From contig CAWFLQ010000003.1 of assembly GCA_963816745.1 (NCBI GenBank), positions 304,187 to 368,186 on the forward strand: a DNA stretch of 64,000 nucleotides. Direction: 5' to 3'. The notes under the pieces were generated by a model that did not search any database, was not told where the DNA came from, and worked only from the letters and a program-made list of their open reading frames with translations. This document shows, piece by piece, positions 59,409-64,000 of this stretch. Made by a program: the position numbers and the translations under genes. The number at the start of each line of letters is the position of its first letter. Position 1 is the first letter of the stretch. This DNA comes from an uncultured Alphaproteobacteria bacterium (GTDB lineage: Bacteria > Pseudomonadota > Alphaproteobacteria > Rhizobiales > Xanthobacteraceae).

Positions 59409-60488
59409 TCACGCGAGCCGGCGGCCGTTCAGATAGGTGCGCTCAGAGATATCGCTCCAATCCATGATCAAGCCGCGGAACCGCTGGTAGCTGGCGTAGA
59501 CCTTCCTCGAGATATCATCGCCAGCGCCTGCCGCGGCGACCACGTCCCTGCCGATCTCGTGGAAGGCCTTCAGAATCGAGTCGTCGAATTTCAGGATCTT
59601 GACAGTGCCCTCGTCGCGCAGCTGGCGCAGCGACCGGGCGTTATTGGTATTGAACTCCGCCAGCATCTGCGCGTATTCGCCGGCGGCGCAAGCCTCGATC
59701 AGCCGTCTATCACCGGCATTGAGGCTCTCCCAGACTCGCCTGTTGATGCCGAGCGTCTGCGCGGTACCCGGTTCGTGGAAGCCGGGGTAGTAGTAATAGC
59801 CGGCGGCCTTGTGCAGGTTGATGGCCATGTCGAGCCACGGCCCGATCCACTCGCTCGCATCAATGGCGCCGGACTTGAGCGCCGGGCCGATTTCGCCGCC
59901 GGGCAGGCTGACCACGATCGCGCCGAGCCGCCGCAGGATCTCGCCGCCGAGCCCCGGCATCCGGTAGCGCAGCCCCTTGAATCGGTCGAGCGAGGTGATC
60001 TCGTTGTTGAACCAGCCTCCCATCTGCGCCCCGGTGCTGAGGCAGTAGAGCGGCTTGATATTGAACTGGCCGGCGAGCGTATCCCACAACTCCTGGCCGC
60101 CGCCGTAGCGCACCCAGGCGAACAATTCATTGGCAGTGAACCCGAACGGAACGCCGCAATAGAAGTTGAGCGCCAGCGTCTTCTTCTCGAAATACCCGTC
60201 GTAGGAATGATACATGTCGGCAACCCCCGCCGACACCGCATCGAAGGTCTCGAAAGCGCGCACGAACGCACCGGCAGGAAACACCTCGATCTTGATACGG
60301 CCGCCGGTCGCCTCGCCGATCGTCTGCGCCAGCCGGCGCGCACTCGGATAGAGGCCCGGCATGGTTTCGGGCCAGTCGGTCGCCATCGTCAGTTGTCGGA
60401 TGCCCTGGGCGACGGCGGGCGCCGGGAAGCCCGCGGCCGCGCCGGCGGCCAATGACCCCGCGCCGGCCAGAACATCGCGCCGTTTCAT
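59409..60488 (-). CDS. TRAP transporter substrate-binding protein with a Tat signal (copy 1)
   Basis: MKRRDVLAGAGSLAAGAAAGFPAPAVAQG..TMATDWPETMPGLY..YYYYPGFHEPG.. Confidence 0.85.
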   Translation of the reverse strand: MKRRDVLAGAGSLAAGAAAGFPAPAVAQGIRQLTMATDWPETMPGLYPSARRLAQTIGEATGGRIKIEVFPAGAFVRAFETFDAVSAGVADMYHSYDGYFEKKTLALNFYCGVPFGFTANELFAWVRYGGGQELWDTLAGQFNIKPLYCLSTGAQMGGWFNNEITSLDRFKGLRYRMPGLGGEILRRLGAIVVSLPGGEIGPALKSGAIDASEWIGPWLDMAINLHKAAGYYYYPGFHEPGTAQTLGINRRVWESLNAGDRRLIEACAAGEYAQMLAEFNTNNARSLRQLRDEGTVKILKFDDSILKAFHEIGRDVVAAAGAGDDISRKVYASYQRFRGLIMDWSDISERTYLNGRRLA

Positions 60489-60513
60489 GGCTGCTCCCTT
60501 TCTCCCTGCGCGA

Positions 60514-61595
60514 TCAAGCAAGGGCCCGACTGTTCAAGTAGGCGCGCTCGGAGATATCGCTCCAATCGACGATCGACGCGCGGAACTGCTGGTAGCTCCG
60601 CGTAGATCCGCCTGGAAAGATCGTCACCGGAGCCCATCGTGGCTGCAACGTCCTTGCTGACCTCGGCAAACGCCTTGAGCAGCGAGTCGTCGAATTTCAG
60701 AATCTTGACCTTGTTTTCTTCGCGCAGCTTGCGCAGCGACAACGCGTTGTTGGCGTTGAACTCTGCCAGGGATTGCGCGTATTCGCCGGCGGCCACGGCC
60801 TCGATCAGCCGCCGATCGCTGGCGTCTAAGCTGTCCCACACGCCCTTGTTGATGCCGACCGAAAACCCGGAGCCCGGCTCGTGAAACCCGGGATAATAGT
60901 AGTACCCCACCGCACTGTGCAGGCCGATTGCCATGTCGAGCCAGGGACCGATCCATTCGCTGGCATCGATCGCGCCGGACTTGAGCGCCGGCATGATCTC
61001 GCCGCCCGGAAGGGTCACCACGGTAGCGCCCAGCCGCCGCAGCACCTCGGCGCCGGGCCCGGCCATCCGGTAGCGCAACCCCTTGAACCCCTCCGGCGAA
61101 GTGACCTCGCGGGTGAACCAGCCACCCATCTGGCAACCGGTGCTGCAGGCGAGCAGCGCCTTGATGTTGAATTGAGCGCTGAGCGCATCCCACAGTTCCT
61201 GGCCGCCGCCGTACCGGACCCACGCGAACAGCTCGTTTGCGGTGAAACCGAAGGCCATCGCCGAGAAGAAATGGAGCGCCGGTGATTTCTTTTCGAAGTA
61301 GCCCTCGAACGAATGATACATGTCGGCGACGCCGGCGCCCACCGCATCGAAGGTCTCGAACGCGCGCACGAACGCACCGGCAGGAAACACCTCGATCTTG
61401 ATACGGCCGCCGGTCGCCTCGCCGATCGTCTGCGCCAGCCGGCGCGCACTCGGATAGAGGCCCGGCATGGTTTCGGGCCAGTCGGTCGCCATCGTCAGTT
61501 GTCGGATGCCCTGGGCGATCGGCGGGCGCCGGGAAGCCCGCGGCCGCGCCGGCGGCCAATGACCCCGCGCCGGCCAGAACATCGCGCCGTCTCAT
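60514..61595 (-). pseudogene. TRAP transporter substrate-binding protein (copy 2), two apparent 1-nt frameshifts
   Basis: MRRRDVLAGAGSLAAGAAAGFPAPA, then a frame change at about 61511-61526 (one extra base relative to copy 1: cgatcgg versus cgacgg). A second frame change lies at about 60593-60603. The corrected C-terminus reads ..IYASYQQFRASIVDWSDISERAYLNSRALA. Confidence 0.75.
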
Positions 61596-61859
61596 GGGTC
61601 GCTCCCTTCCTGCACTGTTGACGTGCAGTTGCCCTCGCAGGTTGTGCGTTGACGCCATTCGAACATGCAAGCAGGCGGGTGGCAACAACCGTCTCCTGCG
61701 GTCTGGGACGCGAGGTGCCGGAGTGGAACGGGAGCGACAATCTCGATATCGCGCGGTTCGTGCTAGTGTCTGCTCCGATCGTGCGGAAGGTGCCGGTGCC
61801 GTGACCGCATTGGAAGCGGAAAAGGCGGACGTTTCGACCCCCTTCTTCTCCTTCCTCGC

Positions 61860-64000
61860 TTGCGGGGGAGGGACGGGAAGCCGCTGGGCGTGCGCGCGCG
61901 ATTGCTGCTCGCGTTCTTCGGGATCAGCGGTTTTTCGGTTCTCGCCGCCGCCGCGGGCATCTATGCGTTTCGCCAGGTCGGCGACCGCATCGAGTTGATC
62001 GACGCCCGCGTCCCGCAAATGGTCAGCTCGATGGAAATCTCGCGCGCGGCCAACCGGCTGATCGCGTCGGCCCCCGCGCTGCTCGCCGCCACGACGTCCA
62101 AGGAGCGTGACGAGGTGTCACACCGGATGCGACCGGAGGTCGATCGCCTCATCATCGGGCTGAACGAAATTGGCCGCGGTGGCGCGGGCGGCGAGGGAGT
62201 GGTCGCGATCCAGCTGCTGGTCGCCTCTTTCCGATCCAACATGGCGGAGCTGGAAAACCTGGTTGGACTGCGCCTCAAGACCAGGGAGCGTCTTGCCGGC
62301 CTGTTGCAGGCGGTGTTCCAGGTCAATCAGGAGACCCAGCGGCTGTTTGCGCCATGGCTCGAGGTCATGGGCATGCAGATCAGCCGCTCGCTCGACGAGA
62401 TTCGCAAGCCCAATGCCGAGCCCGGCGCCCAGGCCGGGCGCGACCTCGCGGCCTTGATCGCACTCGACCGGTCGGCGCAGGCCGCGCAGCGCGAATTCTC
62501 CACTGTCGTCGATCAGCTCGTGCAGACCGCAACCATCGGCGAGAAGCGGCGCCTTCCGGTGGTCGGTTTCCAGCTGCGACGGGGTCTGGATGATCTCGAC
62601 GCCAGGGCGAAGGACCTCGACCCGAAGCTGCGTACGCTCTTCATCGAGCAGGTCGGACACGTTCGCACGCTCGGCCTCGGGTCGGACGCGATCCTCGCCG
62701 TGCGCGGCCAGGAGCTCGATCTGATCGGCAACGCCGAAAAGCTGATCGCCGAGAATGCCGATTTGTCCGTGCGGTTGACCAAGGCCGTCGACCAGCTGGT
62801 ATGGGAGGCCGAGACCGAGGTCAGCTCGTCGGCGCGGGGCGCGCTTTCGGTTCAGCAACTGAGTGCCCGCATCCTGCTGGTGTTCGCAGCCCTGAGCCTG
62901 GTCAGCTCGATCCTGATCGTCTGGCTCTATGTCGGCCGCAATCTCATCCGTCGACTTGACGCATCTGAGCAGCGGCATGCTGGCCATCGCCGGCGGCAGG
63001 TTGCACAGCCCGATCGACATTTCCGGCCGTGACGAGGTTGCGGAGATGGGGCGCGTGGTCGAGATCTTCCGCCAGAATACCTTGGAGCGCGACGAGTTGC
63101 TGGCGGAGCGCGCGCAGGCCGCCGACCGGCTCGAGCTGCAGGTCAGGGAGCGCACGGCCGAGCTGGCGCAATCGGTCGAGGAGTTGCGCGCGCTCGGCGA
63201 GGTGAGCCAAGCCGTGAATTCGACCGTCGACCTCAATACCGTATTGACCACGATCGTCGCCAAGGCGGCGCAGCTCTCGGGCACCGAGGCCGGCACCATC
63301 TACGTGTTCGACGAGGCCAACCAGGAATTCCGGCCGCACGCGACGTACGGCATGGACGAGGCGATGATCGCCGCGATCCGCGACCGTCATCTCCGCATCG
63401 GCGAGACCCTGGTCGGCAAGGCTGCCGAGCAGCGCATGCCGATCCAACTTCCGGACGCTCATGACGACCCATCGTCGCTCGCCTTCGAGGTCGTGGTCCG
63501 TGCCGGCTTCCGCGCCCTGCTGGCGGTGCCGCTGCTCGGTGCCGATCGCATCGTCGGCGCGCTGGTGGTCCGCCGCCGGCAGCCGGGCGAATTTCCCAGG
63601 AGCACGGTCGACCTGCTGCAGACTTTCGCAGCGCAGTCGGTGCTGGCGATCCAGAACGCAAATCTCTTCGCGGAGGTGGAGGACAAGAGCCGACAACTCG
63701 AATTGGCCAGCCAGCACAAGTCCCAGTTCCTCGCCAATATGAGCCACGAGTTGCGCACCCCACTCAACGCCATCATCGGGCTGACCGAGATGATGGCCAC
63801 CAACGCGGCCCGCTTCGGCACCGAGAAGGCGAAGGAGCCGCTCAACCGCGTGCATCGCGCCGGCACCCACCTGCTCGGCCTCATCAACCAAGTGCTCGAT
63901 CTCTCCAAGATCGAGGCCGGCAAGCTCGAGCTCGCCCCGCAGTCTGTGATGCTGGCGCCGCTGATCGACGACGTGATCGGCACCGCGCGCCACCTCGCCG
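61860..64000 (+). pseudogene. Sensor histidine kinase (periplasmic/TM sensor, HAMP, GAF, HisKA). One apparent frameshift at the HAMP start; runs off the window.
   Basis: TM: ..LLLAFFGISGFSVLAAAAGIYAF. Second TM: ..ILLVFAALSLVSSILIVWLYVGRNLIRRL. The frame changes at about 62950-62960 and continues THLSSGMLAIAGGRLHSPIDISGRDEVAEMGRVVEIF (HAMP). A GAF-like region (..GTEAGTIYVFD..) follows, then the H-box FLANMSHELRTPLNAIIG. Confidence 0.75.

Noticed and set aside
59211-60455. 414-aa ORF on the + strand
   Set aside because: It is antisense to TRAP binding-protein copy 1.

Overview
This is a visibly GC-rich alphaproteobacterial chromosome segment. Gene content, frequent Tat-type signal peptides and REP-like palindromes suggest Bradyrhizobiaceae (inference only). 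Layout: (1) 1-4950 holds a short prokaryotic Argonaute (MID-PIWI). It is translationally coupled to the 3' end of an upstream partner gene whose effector part lies outside the window. Two same-strand orphan genes with nuclease-like motifs follow, and one starts with a segment resembling the ribosomal L7/L12 N-terminal domain. (2) 4960-19600 is a decayed accessory stretch. It contains GH1 beta-glucosidase relics, a HAD hydrolase with an in-frame stop, a large SAM-cyclase-STAND-TPR protein, a multiply frameshifted S8 protease coupled to a truncated MBL-fold gene, a carbonic anhydrase and an orphan BrnA-like antitoxin. (3) 19800-29000 holds transport and metabolism genes, plus mltA with a repeat-expanded C-terminus. 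(4) 29145-35356 is a tight minus-strand operon with two dynamin-like GTPases flanking a LysM/solute-binding-like periplasmic gene. A paralogous periplasmic gene converges on it. (5) 37684-47904 is a flagellar export/rod cluster (flhB, fliR, fliQ, fliE, flgC, flgB, fliO-like, fliP) plus a giant TPR protein. (6) 48307-58017 is an integrase-less, structural-gene-less phage/satellite-like module: AlpA, Dam-type methylase, RecD-like helicase, Toprim primase-helicase and large terminase. An IS481-family element interrupts it and an IS630 fragment truncates it. (7) 58488-64000 holds three TRAP solute-binding paralogs (one fragment, two tandem) and a HAMP-GAF histidine kinase. No tRNA, rRNA or CRISPR array was seen. 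The window also carries an unusually high number of apparent 1-2 nt frameshifts, so every pseudogene call could instead be an assembly indel error. The candidates most worth follow-up are the extended short-pAgo locus, the L7/L12-NTD-like nuclease-like orphan, and the dynamin-like/LysM operon.
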